The notes under the pieces: generated by a model
What the model saw: only the letters and a program-made list of their open reading frames with translations
Databases searched by the model: none
Told to the model about the DNA's origin: nothing
Position numbers and translations under genes: made by a program
Assembly: GCA_041615815.1 (NCBI GenBank)
Contig: JBFJCP010000004.1
Coordinates: forward strand, 85,379-149,378
From: Gemmatimonadales bacterium
GTDB lineage: Bacteria; Gemmatimonadota; Gemmatimonadetes; Gemmatimonadales; GWC2-71-9
Length of the DNA: 64,000 nt
Direction: 5' to 3'
Shown: positions 35,932 through 44,890 of the stretch, piece by piece
How the letters are laid out: every line of letters starts with the position of its first letter
How positions within the stretch are numbered: position 1 is the first letter of the stretch

Positions 35932-37803
35932 ATGCGCCTGCTGCTCATCAACCCGCGGTTCCCCGAAAGCTTTTGGAGCTTCAAGTGGGCGATGGATCGG
36001 GTCCTGCCTGGACGCAAGACCGTGAATCCTCCGCTCGGACTCGCCACGCTGGCCGCGCTCTGTCCCCCCCATTGGGAAGTGAGCATCGTCGACGAGAACG
36101 TCGAGCCTATTCCGCTGAAGCCCGAGGTGGACATCGTGGGGATCTGCGGCATGGGCGTGCAGTTTCCTCGACAGAAAGAGCTCCTCGCCTACTACAAGCA
36201 ACAAGGGTACTACGTCGTCGCGGGAGGCAGCTACGCGTCGCTCCTGCCCGAAGAGTACGAGTCTCAGGCGAACACCGTGGTGTCGGGAGAGGCCGAGCAC
36301 ATTTGGCCGCAGTTTTGCGTGGACTACGAGGCGGGACAGGCCCAACCGCTGTACCACGAAAAGGGTGAAGTGGATCTGGCCGATTCACCAGTCCCGCGGT
36401 TCGATCTCCTCCAGCTGGATCGCTATCAAGCGGTGAGTCTGCAATTTTCCCGCGGCTGCCCTTTCCGGTGCGAATTCTGCGACATCATCGTGATGTTCGG
36501 CCGCAAGCCGAGGACCAAGCCCTTCGAGCAGGTGGGGAAAGAGCTGGATACGCTCCGCGGTCTCGGAGTGCGGAAAGTCTTTTTCGTGGACGACAATCTC
36601 ATTGGCAACAAACCGGTGGCCAAGCAACTCCTTCGGTACTTGGCGGAGTATCAACGGGAGCACCGCTACCGGTTCGAGTTCGGGACCGAGGCTTCGCTCA
36701 ATCTCGCGCAGGATGCAGAGCTGCTCGACCTTTTCCGAAAGGCCAACTTCGGATGGGTGTTCATTGGCATCGAATCGCCGGACGAGGAGAGTCTCAAGGA
36801 GACGCTGAAGTTCCAGAATACCCGGCAGGACATCCTTACGTCGGTCCGGACCGTCTACCGACACGGGATCGACATCCTCGCCGGCTTCATCATCGGGTTC
36901 GATCACGACACGGTCGACACGTTCGAACGCCAGTACCAGTTCATCACGCAGTCGGGGATCCAAGCGTCGATGATCGGCCTGCTCCAAGCCACGCCCCGGA
37001 CCCCACTGTACGACCGGCTCGCCAAAGACGGACGGCTCATCCCGCACGCCACGCATACGGATAATTCAAGGCTCGGCACCAACGTGATCCCCAAGGGCAT
37101 GGCGTACGACGAGATGGTTGAAGGATACCGGACACTCCACTATCGACTCTTCTCGGATGCTGGGATCGCTGCCCGGATTCGGAACAAGCTGAAGTATCTT
37201 ACGAACAAGGTGGCCGGCAACAGCTTTTCGGTGGCAGTGACGCTCGGCATCCTCTACCGCTTCATCGTCCGCGGGCTCCTCCCCGGAGGGCCCCGACGGC
37301 TCTACCACTTCCTGCGCTCGCTCCGGTGGACTCGGCCCAGCCTGCTGATCCAGGTGATTGACGATTGGGTGCTGGGCCTGGCGATGCGTGATTACATCGA
37401 CCGGCACTTCCGGGGCGTCGAGGACTCAGCCTGGCAGCTGTTACGACAGCGAGTCCGAGCTATGGAGAAGGCGCTCAGACGCTACCGCGAGGCGGGGGCC
37501 CTGGAAGTCTCCCTGAGCGAGGTGCGAAGTGCGGCGACGGTGCTGTCGCTGCGAATGCGGGGTTGGCTCGATCGGCGTTTCTTTGCGCGGGCCGCCCGGC
37601 ATCTCGAACAAGTGCTCCAAGACACGCGGTCGTCCGTCACGTTGCACATCGACCAGATTCACGTGGCGCAGGTCCACCACCTGCAACGGCTCTTGCGACG
37701 GCTTTCGCGCTATGGGGATCGGATCCGGATCACCGTGCACGAGACAGTTCGCGAGGTCGTCGAGGTCGACTCGTCGGTGTTCAACCTCTCGTTCGAGGCC
37801 TAG
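35932..37803 (+). CDS. Cobalamin-binding radical SAM protein (DUF4070-type) with C-terminal extension
   Basis: INPRFPESFWSF, PPLGLATLAA, SRGCPFRCEFCDI, FVDDN, FIGIES, GFIIGFDHD. Confidence 0.9.
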   Translation: MRLLLINPRFPESFWSFKWAMDRVLPGRKTVNPPLGLATLAALCPPHWEVSIVDENVEPIPLKPEVDIVGICGMGVQFPRQKELLAYYKQQGYYVVAGGSYASLLPEEYESQANTVVSGEAEHIWPQFCVDYEAGQAQPLYHEKGEVDLADSPVPRFDLLQLDRYQAVSLQFSRGCPFRCEFCDIIVMFGRKPRTKPFEQVGKELDTLRGLGVRKVFFVDDNLIGNKPVAKQLLRYLAEYQREHRYRFEFGTEASLNLAQDAELLDLFRKANFGWVFIGIESPDEESLKETLKFQNTRQDILTSVRTVYRHGIDILAGFIIGFDHDTVDTFERQYQFITQSGIQASMIGLLQATPRTPLYDRLAKDGRLIPHATHTDNSRLGTNVIPKGMAYDEMVEGYRTLHYRLFSDAGIAARIRNKLKYLTNKVAGNSFSVAVTLGILYRFIVRGLLPGGPRRLYHFLRSLRWTRPSLLIQVIDDWVLGLAMRDYIDRHFRGVEDSAWQLLRQRVRAMEKALRRYREAGALEVSLSEVRSAATVLSLRMRGWLDRRFFARAARHLEQVLQDTRSSVTLHIDQIHVAQVHHLQRLLRRLSRYGDRIRITVHETVREVVEVDSSVFNLSFEA

Positions 37804-37941
37804 CGCTCGGCGCCCGGTACCTGCCCCCGGGCCAGATCGCGTATACCTCCATCATCAAGGTAGAGACGGTAGCGGGGTCACCCACTCGCCGGACCGATCG
37901 CGAACTCGTACATTGGGGCATCACTCACGCGGAGATACGGA

Positions 37942-38157
37942 ATGGCCGTGACTCAGAAAACGAGCGTGCTGGCAGTTGCTGGCTCTTATTGGATCGGCGT
38001 GGTCCTCGTAGTGCTGATCGTGAGCGGCACCGCCTTTCCAGCGTTTCGCGATTTCGTGGCGTCGCTCAATCTGTTCAGCTATCTCGGTCTGTGGGTGTTG
38101 GCGTTGCTACCGGGCCTCATCATGATCGCCGTGTCCGGAGAGCTGACCAAAGCCTAG
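37942..38157 (+). CDS. Small two-TM membrane protein
   Basis: GGAG SD, two hydrophobic helices, fills the gap. Confidence 0.6.
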   Translation: MAVTQKTSVLAVAGSYWIGVVLVVLIVSGTAFPAFRDFVASLNLFSYLGLWVLALLPGLIMIAVSGELTKA

Positions 38158-38289
38158 GGCTGGCGCCGAGATCACGCCCCCTTTAGGTTTCAGGCAGCGG
38201 GAAACCGGCTGCGAGACAGCGGTTCCCATTCCAGCGAACGTGACGGGGGCCTGGATTCAGCCAGGCCCTTTGTACATTGGAAACGCCAC

Positions 38290-38414
38290 GCCGCCGGCGA
38301 GGAAGGCGGCAACCCAACGCGGGGGTCAGGATACCGCGGAGAACGCAGATGAGTCGGTTAGGACGGTACATGCCGGACTCCGATCCCATCGGCACAACAC
38401 AAGGAGTTCGGTAC
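38290..38414 (+). ncRNA. Candidate structured csp 5' leader (copy 1)
   Basis: Stems and conserved blocks shared with the leader at 58260-58378. Confidence 0.55.
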
Positions 38415-38624
38415 ATGCGTACCAAAGGAACCGTGAAGTGGTTCAACGACAGCAAGGGATTCGGCTTCATCACGCCGGCAGACGGCCAGGCCGATTGCTT
38501 CGTCCATCACAGTGCTATCTCTGGCGAAGGCTTCAAGTCGCTCCGAGAGGGTGAGCAGGTGGAGTTCGACGTCGTGGCGGGCAAGAAGGGCCCGGCGGCG
38601 GAGCATGTCGTTGTAGTCCAGTAA
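38415..38624 (+). CDS. cspA: Cold-shock protein (CspA family; symbol is family-level)
   Basis: GTVKWFN, KGFGFI (RNP1), CFVHHSAI (RNP2), KGPAA; AAGGAG SD. Confidence 0.96.
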   Translation: MRTKGTVKWFNDSKGFGFITPADGQADCFVHHSAISGEGFKSLREGEQVEFDVVAGKKGPAAEHVVVVQ

Positions 38625-38649
38625 CGGACGGCCGCCCTATCGGCGGTTC

Positions 38650-38685
38650 AAGGCGGTCGGGGTCACCCGGCCGCCTTCGTTTTTT
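38650..38685 (+). terminator. Rho-independent terminator
   Basis: AAGGCGGTCGGG-gtca-CCCGGCCGCCTT followed by a T6 tract. Confidence 0.85.
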
Positions 38686-39195
38686 CTGCAGTGGTGTTGA
38701 GGCCTTACGTGGCCCGCTCGGTCTGATTGCTCCCCGACACGATCCGTCCCACTCGCTGACCCCGCGATCCCGCCCCCACCAAACGGCCCACCCCAGGGGT
38801 TGATGGGAGCCTTCCCGCGCTCTTCAGCCGCGTCGTCACGTCGGCGGCTCTGCAACACTGTGTTGCCGGGTCGGCAGCGGTTCTGGATTGGGAGATGCGC
38901 CGCTGACGTCCCGGTGTCGTTGGGCGGCGTCCATCGTAGCGACTATGCGGCGCCGACGCCCTCAGCATTGCGGGTCGCCCAAGTCCGGTTGCTACCCGTA
39001 GTTGCCCCTGTCGCGGCGCGCGGGTCCGTTGGTGGCTTGGCGCGGTGTATCGCGCGTACCGCAGTAGCGATTGCCTCACCGGTCCCATTCTGTGCGCGCG
39101 AATCGTGCTGGCACACCTCGGGCCCGGGGTTTGCAGATAAAGCGCGCAAAGACACCATGTTATACCAACGCAACATCTCGATCCGTGAGAAGGGT

Positions 39196-39648
39196 ATGAC
39201 GGATCTCGAGGTCGCCCGAGAGTTGGTCCGCGAAGGGCTGACGGCGCTCCACCCAAAGAGTGGGCTGCCGAACTATTTTCGTGCGGAGCTCGCGTTTCGT
39301 GAGGCCGTCGCGTTGCTGCGCGGCACCGAGCAGGAGACCGGTCTCTTGCTCGTCGTGGCCTATGACAACCTTGCCTGGGCGTGTGACGCGCAGGGAAGGG
39401 AAGCCGATGCCGAGTCGTTCTATCTCCGCTCGCTCGCAGCGCAGCAAGCGGCCGATTGGCCACCTGTGGTCTGCGACGAGCTCACGCTCCTCAAGCTGTC
39501 CCAACTGTATGCCCGGCAAGGCAACCTCGAAATGCAACGCGCAACCCTCCGAAAGATGCGCTCACAGACCGAGTGCAGTTGTAAGCGTTCCGCCACGGCA
39601 TTCGAGGGCAATCCCGATCTCGAACGGGTCGCCGGCCTCTTGAAGTAA
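39196..39648 (+). CDS. Short TPR-like protein (paralogue 1); start 39157 or 39196
   Basis: NY..AE..F..A, NLA, AESFYLRSLA TPR_12-like helices. Confidence 0.7.
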   Translation: MTDLEVARELVREGLTALHPKSGLPNYFRAELAFREAVALLRGTEQETGLLLVVAYDNLAWACDAQGREADAESFYLRSLAAQQAADWPPVVCDELTLLKLSQLYARQGNLEMQRATLRKMRSQTECSCKRSATAFEGNPDLERVAGLLK

Positions 39649-39829
39649 GTCTCGCCACCACCGGCCCGGGCGGCGATCGCCGCTCACGCCGCCTTCCATC
39701 ACCATTCCCGCCTGCACGGATCACGTCGCGTCGATCGGGTCCGACGAGGGCGCGCGTCGTTCTCGCTCGGCAGGGTGGCCCACGCCTTGCCCATACACAT
39801 GGGTGGACACCCAACCATAGGGGCTGACG

Positions 39830-40327
39830 TTGCCGCAGAACAACAACCCGAATCCCGCGCCGCTCGCCGAAGCCGAGCGACTCATCCGTGCCGGGCGCGC
39901 CCTCCTGGCTTGGGCGGGGGAGGGGACGCGTCACGGTAACTATGCCGAGGCCGAACGGTGTTTCCACCGGGCCCTAGACATCCTGCGGGAGTCGGTGGGT
40001 GACGGGCATCCACAGCTGGCCCTCGTGTGGGATCGCTTGGCCGTGCTCTATGAGGAATTGGGTGACAGCGAGGAGGCGGAGACCTGCTACCTCCGCTCCC
40101 TCGCAACCCAACAGGCGGCCGGCTGGGAGTCGTCCGTCTATCAGGAACGCACGCTGTTGCGATTGGCCCAATTGTACGGACGCATGGCCAAGCACGAGTT
40201 ACAGAGCGCGGTGCTTCATTGTATTCCGCCCACGGACGCCGCCGGTGTCGGTGTCGTTCCCACGACACGGTCTGCCGCATCCACGCGCCAGCGGGGCCAA
40301 AGCCGTTGGCGGGAGCGAAGCGCGTAA
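39830..40327 (+). CDS. Short TPR protein (paralogue 2)
   Basis: GNYAEAERCFHRALDI...GDGHPQLA..LAVLY kinesin-light-chain-type TPR. Confidence 0.75.
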   Translation: MPQNNNPNPAPLAEAERLIRAGRALLAWAGEGTRHGNYAEAERCFHRALDILRESVGDGHPQLALVWDRLAVLYEELGDSEEAETCYLRSLATQQAAGWESSVYQERTLLRLAQLYGRMAKHELQSAVLHCIPPTDAAGVGVVPTTRSAASTRQRGQSRWRERSA

Positions 40328-40516
40328 CGTCCTGACGCCGCGCACGTATGGCCGGCGGGCGAGCCGTCGCTCGCCGCTCCTCCGCTGTCTGTAATACTCC
40401 CCATATCACTTCCGGCTGTCGCTTGCGCCGCGGCCCTTGTCGAGTCGGTGTCCGAGGCCGTATACACCTCGAACACGTACGATCCTCGAGACCACGGCAC
40501 CGACCGGGAGACCCTG

Positions 40517-41665
40517 ATGACCGAGACTGCCTTCAACCCCGAGCGCTTCCGCAAGCTGTTCTTGTTGGCGCTGGCTGTGGGGATCTCGCTCGTGTTCCTC
40601 GCGATGATACGCGACTTTCTCACGGCTTTGCTGCTGGCCGCGATCCTCAGCGGCATGTTCCATCCGCTCTATCGCCGCTTGTTTGGCTTCTTCAAGGGGA
40701 AACGGGCCATGGCCTCGGGGGTCACGGTGGCGATTGCCCTGCTCATCATCATTCTGCCTCTCACCGCCTTTTTGGGGATCGTGGCCGCGCAGGCGGTGCA
40801 GTTCAGTGGAGAGGTGCGGCCGTGGGTGGAGCGGCAGGTGAGCGAGCCATCGCGACTCGATAACCTGATCGAGCGACTGCCGTTCTTCGAGGTGATCCGG
40901 CCGTACCGCGATCAGATCCTCTCCAAAGCAGGTGAGCTGGCAGGAAGGGTGGGGACGTTCGTGGTGGGGATTCTGGCAGCCACCGCTCGGGGCACCGCCG
41001 CGTTCTTCTTTCTGCTGTTTGTGATGCTCTACGCGATGTTCTTCTTTCTGATGGATGGACGTAGCGTGTTGAACAAGATCCTGTACTACATGCCGCTTAC
41101 CCCCGATCAGGAGAACCGGATGGTGGACAAGTTCGTTTCCGTGTCACGGGCGACGATGAAGGGAACGCTCGTGATCGGCATTCTCCAGGGCGCGCTCGCC
41201 GGAGCAGCGTTCTGGGTGTTGGGGCTCGACGCACCGGCGTTTTGGGGTGCGGTGATGGCCGTCCTTTCCATCATTCCGGGTCTGGGAACGGCACTCGTGT
41301 GGGTGCCGGCCGTCATCCTGCTCCTCGTGGGTGGCAGGATCGCCGCTGGGGTGGGGCTGGCCCTCTGGTGCGGCGCCCTCGTGGGCACCGTGGACAATTT
41401 TCTCCGACCATACCTCGTGGGTCGAGACACCAAGATGCCCGATCTGCTGATTCTGCTGTCGACCTTGGGCGGGATCGTGCTCTTCGGCGCCGTGGGGATC
41501 GTCATCGGTCCTATCGTGGCCGCGCTGTTCGTGACCGTGTGGGATATCTATGGCACGGCCTTCAAGGACCTCCTCCCGGCGGTGGAGCCCATCCCCGTGC
41601 TCGAGCCGCCCCGCAAGACCACCCCGCGCAAGAAGCCCAAACCGAAGCACGGGGAAGGAGGTTAG
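40517..41665 (+). CDS. AI-2E family transporter
   Basis: PLYRRL, FFFLMDG, IPGLGTALVWVP, DNFLRPYLVG, STLGG, GIVIGP. Confidence 0.93.
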   Translation: MTETAFNPERFRKLFLLALAVGISLVFLAMIRDFLTALLLAAILSGMFHPLYRRLFGFFKGKRAMASGVTVAIALLIIILPLTAFLGIVAAQAVQFSGEVRPWVERQVSEPSRLDNLIERLPFFEVIRPYRDQILSKAGELAGRVGTFVVGILAATARGTAAFFFLLFVMLYAMFFFLMDGRSVLNKILYYMPLTPDQENRMVDKFVSVSRATMKGTLVIGILQGALAGAAFWVLGLDAPAFWGAVMAVLSIIPGLGTALVWVPAVILLLVGGRIAAGVGLALWCGALVGTVDNFLRPYLVGRDTKMPDLLILLSTLGGIVLFGAVGIVIGPIVAALFVTVWDIYGTAFKDLLPAVEPIPVLEPPRKTTPRKKPKPKHGEGG

Positions 41666-42681
41666 AACGTCCCCTCGCGCACCTGGTGACGCGTGAGGTC
41701 CTTGCGAAGCGCCACCACCTGCTCGACCTGGACCGGTTCATTCTCGGGCAGCGGCGCGTCGCCTTTTTCCTTCCCGAGCTGGAACACGCTCTTCACTTTC
41801 TGGAGCAGCCCCGAGCCATCCAGCGCTTTCTCCCCCTCAGCGTAGTAGTCGAACCACGGCAATTCCGCGGCTGCGTATTCCCGGGCCGTGGGTGGCGGCG
41901 TGGGCGGAGACTCGCCCGTGATCGCGCGCCAGACGAGCGAGTTGGCGATGTGGACGAAGCACCGGCTGCTGTGTCCCAGCTCCCAATCGTCCAAGTCGAA
42001 TCGGTCTTCGAAGATCTCCTGCCGCATGCGGCCGCCGGCGCCGATGCCCATGTCGGGCCGCGCGCTGGCTCCCGTGGTCGCGAGCGTCATACTGAACAAC
42101 CCCGTACTCATGACCCGGGGCTCGGCCGCTATCACCGAGCCGAATAGCCGCTCGTAGGCCATTCGCTTCATCGGATGCGCCACGATCTGTACTCCGCCGA
42201 ATTCGGCTTCTCCGGTGAGCTGCTCTTCGGCCGAGTAGCCACTCCCCAGGGGCATCGCCACGAACTGCCGGATCACTCCTTTCTCGACGCAGTAACCGTC
42301 CAGCCATGGCTGGTTGGGGACGACGAGATAATCCTGCGGGTGGCGCCGGAGCTCCGTCTCGAAGGCCTTGCCCGTGACGGCGTTGATCTTGCCCGCCGAT
42401 ACCTTGAGCGCGAAAGGGTACTGGCCGTGAAAGTTGATCCACATCGCTTCCGACTGATACATCGGTAGCATCACGCCACCATGCTCGATCCAACGCCCCG
42501 GCACCCGAGCGGCGTGGTCGTCCACGTGAAGAACCGTGAATCTCCCGAGCCCCGGAGGAAGCGGGTACTGCTTTCCGTCATCCGGAATCCGCAGCGTCCG
42601 CTGGAACTCCAACCGCATGGAGGCCTTGGGATGAACGTCGGGAAACCTCACGACGAGTTGGTTGTGTTTGAGCTCGATCAC
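41662..42681 (-). CDS. Conserved uncharacterised soluble protein (QRTLRIPDD family)
   Basis: GGAGGAG SD; motifs FQRTLRIPDDG.YPLPPGLG, LPMYQSEAMW, QDY, QPWLDG, RQFVAMPLG.GY, AGG.M.Q, LPWF. Confidence 0.85.
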   Translation of the reverse strand: MIELKHNQLVVRFPDVHPKASMRLEFQRTLRIPDDGKQYPLPPGLGRFTVLHVDDHAARVPGRWIEHGGVMLPMYQSEAMWINFHGQYPFALKVSAGKINAVTGKAFETELRRHPQDYLVVPNQPWLDGYCVEKGVIRQFVAMPLGSGYSAEEQLTGEAEFGGVQIVAHPMKRMAYERLFGSVIAAEPRVMSTGLFSMTLATTGASARPDMGIGAGGRMRQEIFEDRFDLDDWELGHSSRCFVHIANSLVWRAITGESPPTPPPTAREYAAAELPWFDYYAEGEKALDGSGLLQKVKSVFQLGKEKGDAPLPENEPVQVEQVVALRKDLTRHQVREGTF

Positions 42682-42706
42682 GGTCTCCTCCGTCTGTCTT
42701 GCGGTC

Positions 42707-43060
42707 CTACCAGTTGCCGTCTCTGACCTCGCGCACCAGCTGCACCACCGCTTTATCGGGCATCCGCTTCAGCTCTCGGATGAGGGCGGCGAAGAGTTCG
42801 GGGCGTTTGCGGATGACCTCCTGCAGGTCCGACGACACCTTTCCTGCCAAGGCGAGTAACACATCGGCGTCCTCCCCCAGCTCGTCCGCCAGCTTGCCGA
42901 TCGTCGTCTCTGACGGTGGCGCCACCTCCCCGCGTTCCACCTTGCTCAGATAGGATGGCTCGACGCCGATGCGGTGCGCCACCTGGCGGACCGAGAACCG
43001 CGGGTCCTCTTCCCGAAGCCGCTCGCGGCACGCCCGGACGTAGTCGCCGAAGGACTGCAT
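42707..43060 (-). CDS. XRE-family helix-turn-helix regulator
   Basis: SFG.YVR..R, SVRQVA..IGVEPSYLSKVERG..PPS, LLALAGKV. Confidence 0.92.
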   Translation of the reverse strand: MQSFGDYVRACRERLREEDPRFSVRQVAHRIGVEPSYLSKVERGEVAPPSETTIGKLADELGEDADVLLALAGKVSSDLQEVIRKRPELFAALIRELKRMPDKAVVQLVREVRDGNW

Positions 43061-43062
43061 GA

Positions 43063-43096
43063 TGTGTATTATGTACTAACTAGTACACAAAAGCAA
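43063..43096 (-). promoter_or_regulatory. Leaderless promoter TTGCTT-17-CATAAT with inverted-repeat operator TGTACTA-ac-TAGTACA
   Basis: -35 at 43091-43096, -10 at 43068-43073, ATG 7 nt downstream; perfect 7-2-7 IR at 43072-43087 in the spacer. Confidence 0.75.
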
Positions 43097-43403
43097 TGGC
43101 TAACTGCGGATACGGCTCCACAGAGCGGGTGACCGGCCGGCACGCGTGCGGCGGACGATGGAGGCGTGGGCTTTGGGAATCGTTGATATCCCGCTGTCGA
43201 AAATAGACTTATCACCCGCCTCGACAAGCCCTGGGATCCGGCGAAGGCGTGACTCCGCGGTACGAAACTTCCTCTCCTAACGCCTAGCGTAGGCCTCGGG
43301 CCGGCTGGCACCGCGTGTCGGATCCCGGGGAGGGCGCTCCCCGGTCGTGGCGTCCTGGGACCGGGGACGTGGGAGCCAACCGGCTCGAGGCCTCAGGAGT
43401 GCT

Positions 43404-43712
43404 ATGCAGAACGCCGAGCCCCACCACATCGACCGTCTTCCGCCCATTGCGTGGCAGCACCTCAACGCGTTCGTCACCGGCGCGGACCGCGAGGCGCTCG
43501 AGCAAGGCGACTGGCTCGTGTTCTACGAGTTCGTCAAGTCGTGCCATATTCACGAGGCCAAGTTCGCCGTCGAGGCTCTGGTCGAGTTTCTGGGGGAGCA
43601 GGGGTTTCGGCGGGAGGCCACCATCGAACTCGGCCTCGTCTATGCGCACGGTCGCGCGCTCCTCGCCAACCGGGGGACCCCGGGCCCTCGCCTGTCGAAC
43701 GCCGCCCACTGA
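43404..43712 (+). CDS. Hypothetical helical protein (102 aa)
   Basis: AGGAG SD; protein-like composition (DWLVFYEFV, Y.HGRALL). Confidence 0.65.
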   Translation: MQNAEPHHIDRLPPIAWQHLNAFVTGADREALEQGDWLVFYEFVKSCHIHEAKFAVEALVEFLGEQGFRREATIELGLVYAHGRALLANRGTPGPRLSNAAH

Positions 43713-43814
43713 CCCTCTCCGCACCGTGGACGGAGACATCCGTCACGGAACTTTCCACCCCCCCGTCCTAGACTGAGACGTCCTCACCTCTCCGCCCGGG
43801 AGCATCGAGCACAA

Positions 43815-44882
43815 ATGGCACGCACTGTCGCACTACTGATGGTAGTGATAGTCCTGCCGTTCTCGGCTTCGGCGTTTGCCCAGAGCACTGAAGCCCTTCT
43901 CGTTGCGGCAGCTCGGGCCGGAGAAGCGCAGCTGCTCGAGGAGCTCCTGCGACGCGGCGCGGATCCGGACGGCGTGGACGAGAGTGGAGACGTCCCACTC
44001 GTGGGCGCCGCCGCCGCCGGTCACACGGGCGCCATCCGCGCACTGCTGGCCTCGGGCGCGGCCATCGAGGGGACCGACGCCGTTGGCCGGACCGCCCTCA
44101 TTGCGGCGGCTGGCGGGGGGCATCTTCTCACCGTAACCACGCTCCTGAATGAAGGAGCGGATGCCTCCGCGGCGACGCAGACCGGATGGACGGCGCTTCT
44201 GGCCGCAGCCTCGGGTGGCCACGCACCGGTCGTGAAGATGCTGTTGGATCGCGCCGCGGATCCCAATGCCCGGGACGACCGGGGATGGACGCCACTGCGC
44301 GCGGCCGCCGACTCGGGGAACGTCCGCGCCGCGAGACTCCTACTCGATGCAGGCGGGGACCCCAATGCGCGCACGGACGCCGGGACCACGGCGCTCATCG
44401 TCGCCGCGCGGGACGGATCGGTAGAGCTGGTGCGACTACTGCTGGAGTACCACGCAGAGCCGACGGCGGCAGATTCGGCCGGTGGCAGTGCCTTGGTGTA
44501 CGCCGCGATCGACGGTCATGTGACCACCGTGCGGCTCCTCCTCCCGGCGGTGGGAATTGAGAGTCCCCAGGCGCTGGAGGCGCTCCTTCTGTCCTCGCTC
44601 GAAGGGCTGACCGAGATGGTCACGACGCTGATGCAGGGAGGGGTGAGCGCCGACCAGCGCAATGAGTACGGGCTGACGCCCCTCATGGCCGCTGCGGCGG
44701 CCGGACACATGGAGGCAGTGCAGGCCCTCCTTGCCGGCGGGGCGAACCCACTACTGGAAGATCCAGTGGGATGGTCTGCCGCCGCCTATGCCCGCGACGC
44801 GGCGCATGGTGACATCGTCGAAATCCTCGAGGATGCCGAAGCGAACTGGGGCCGGCTTGGGAAAGCCGCCCAAAAGAGTTGA
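43815..44882 (+). CDS. Secreted ankyrin repeat protein
   Basis: Signal peptide AFA-QS; about 9-10 GxT[AP]LxxAAxxG..V..LL..GAD repeats. Confidence 0.92.
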   Translation: MARTVALLMVVIVLPFSASAFAQSTEALLVAAARAGEAQLLEELLRRGADPDGVDESGDVPLVGAAAAGHTGAIRALLASGAAIEGTDAVGRTALIAAAGGGHLLTVTTLLNEGADASAATQTGWTALLAAASGGHAPVVKMLLDRAADPNARDDRGWTPLRAAADSGNVRAARLLLDAGGDPNARTDAGTTALIVAARDGSVELVRLLLEYHAEPTAADSAGGSALVYAAIDGHVTTVRLLLPAVGIESPQALEALLLSSLEGLTEMVTTLMQGGVSADQRNEYGLTPLMAAAAAGHMEAVQALLAGGANPLLEDPVGWSAAAYARDAAHGDIVEILEDAEANWGRLGKAAQKS

Positions 44883-44890
44883 GGTCACAC

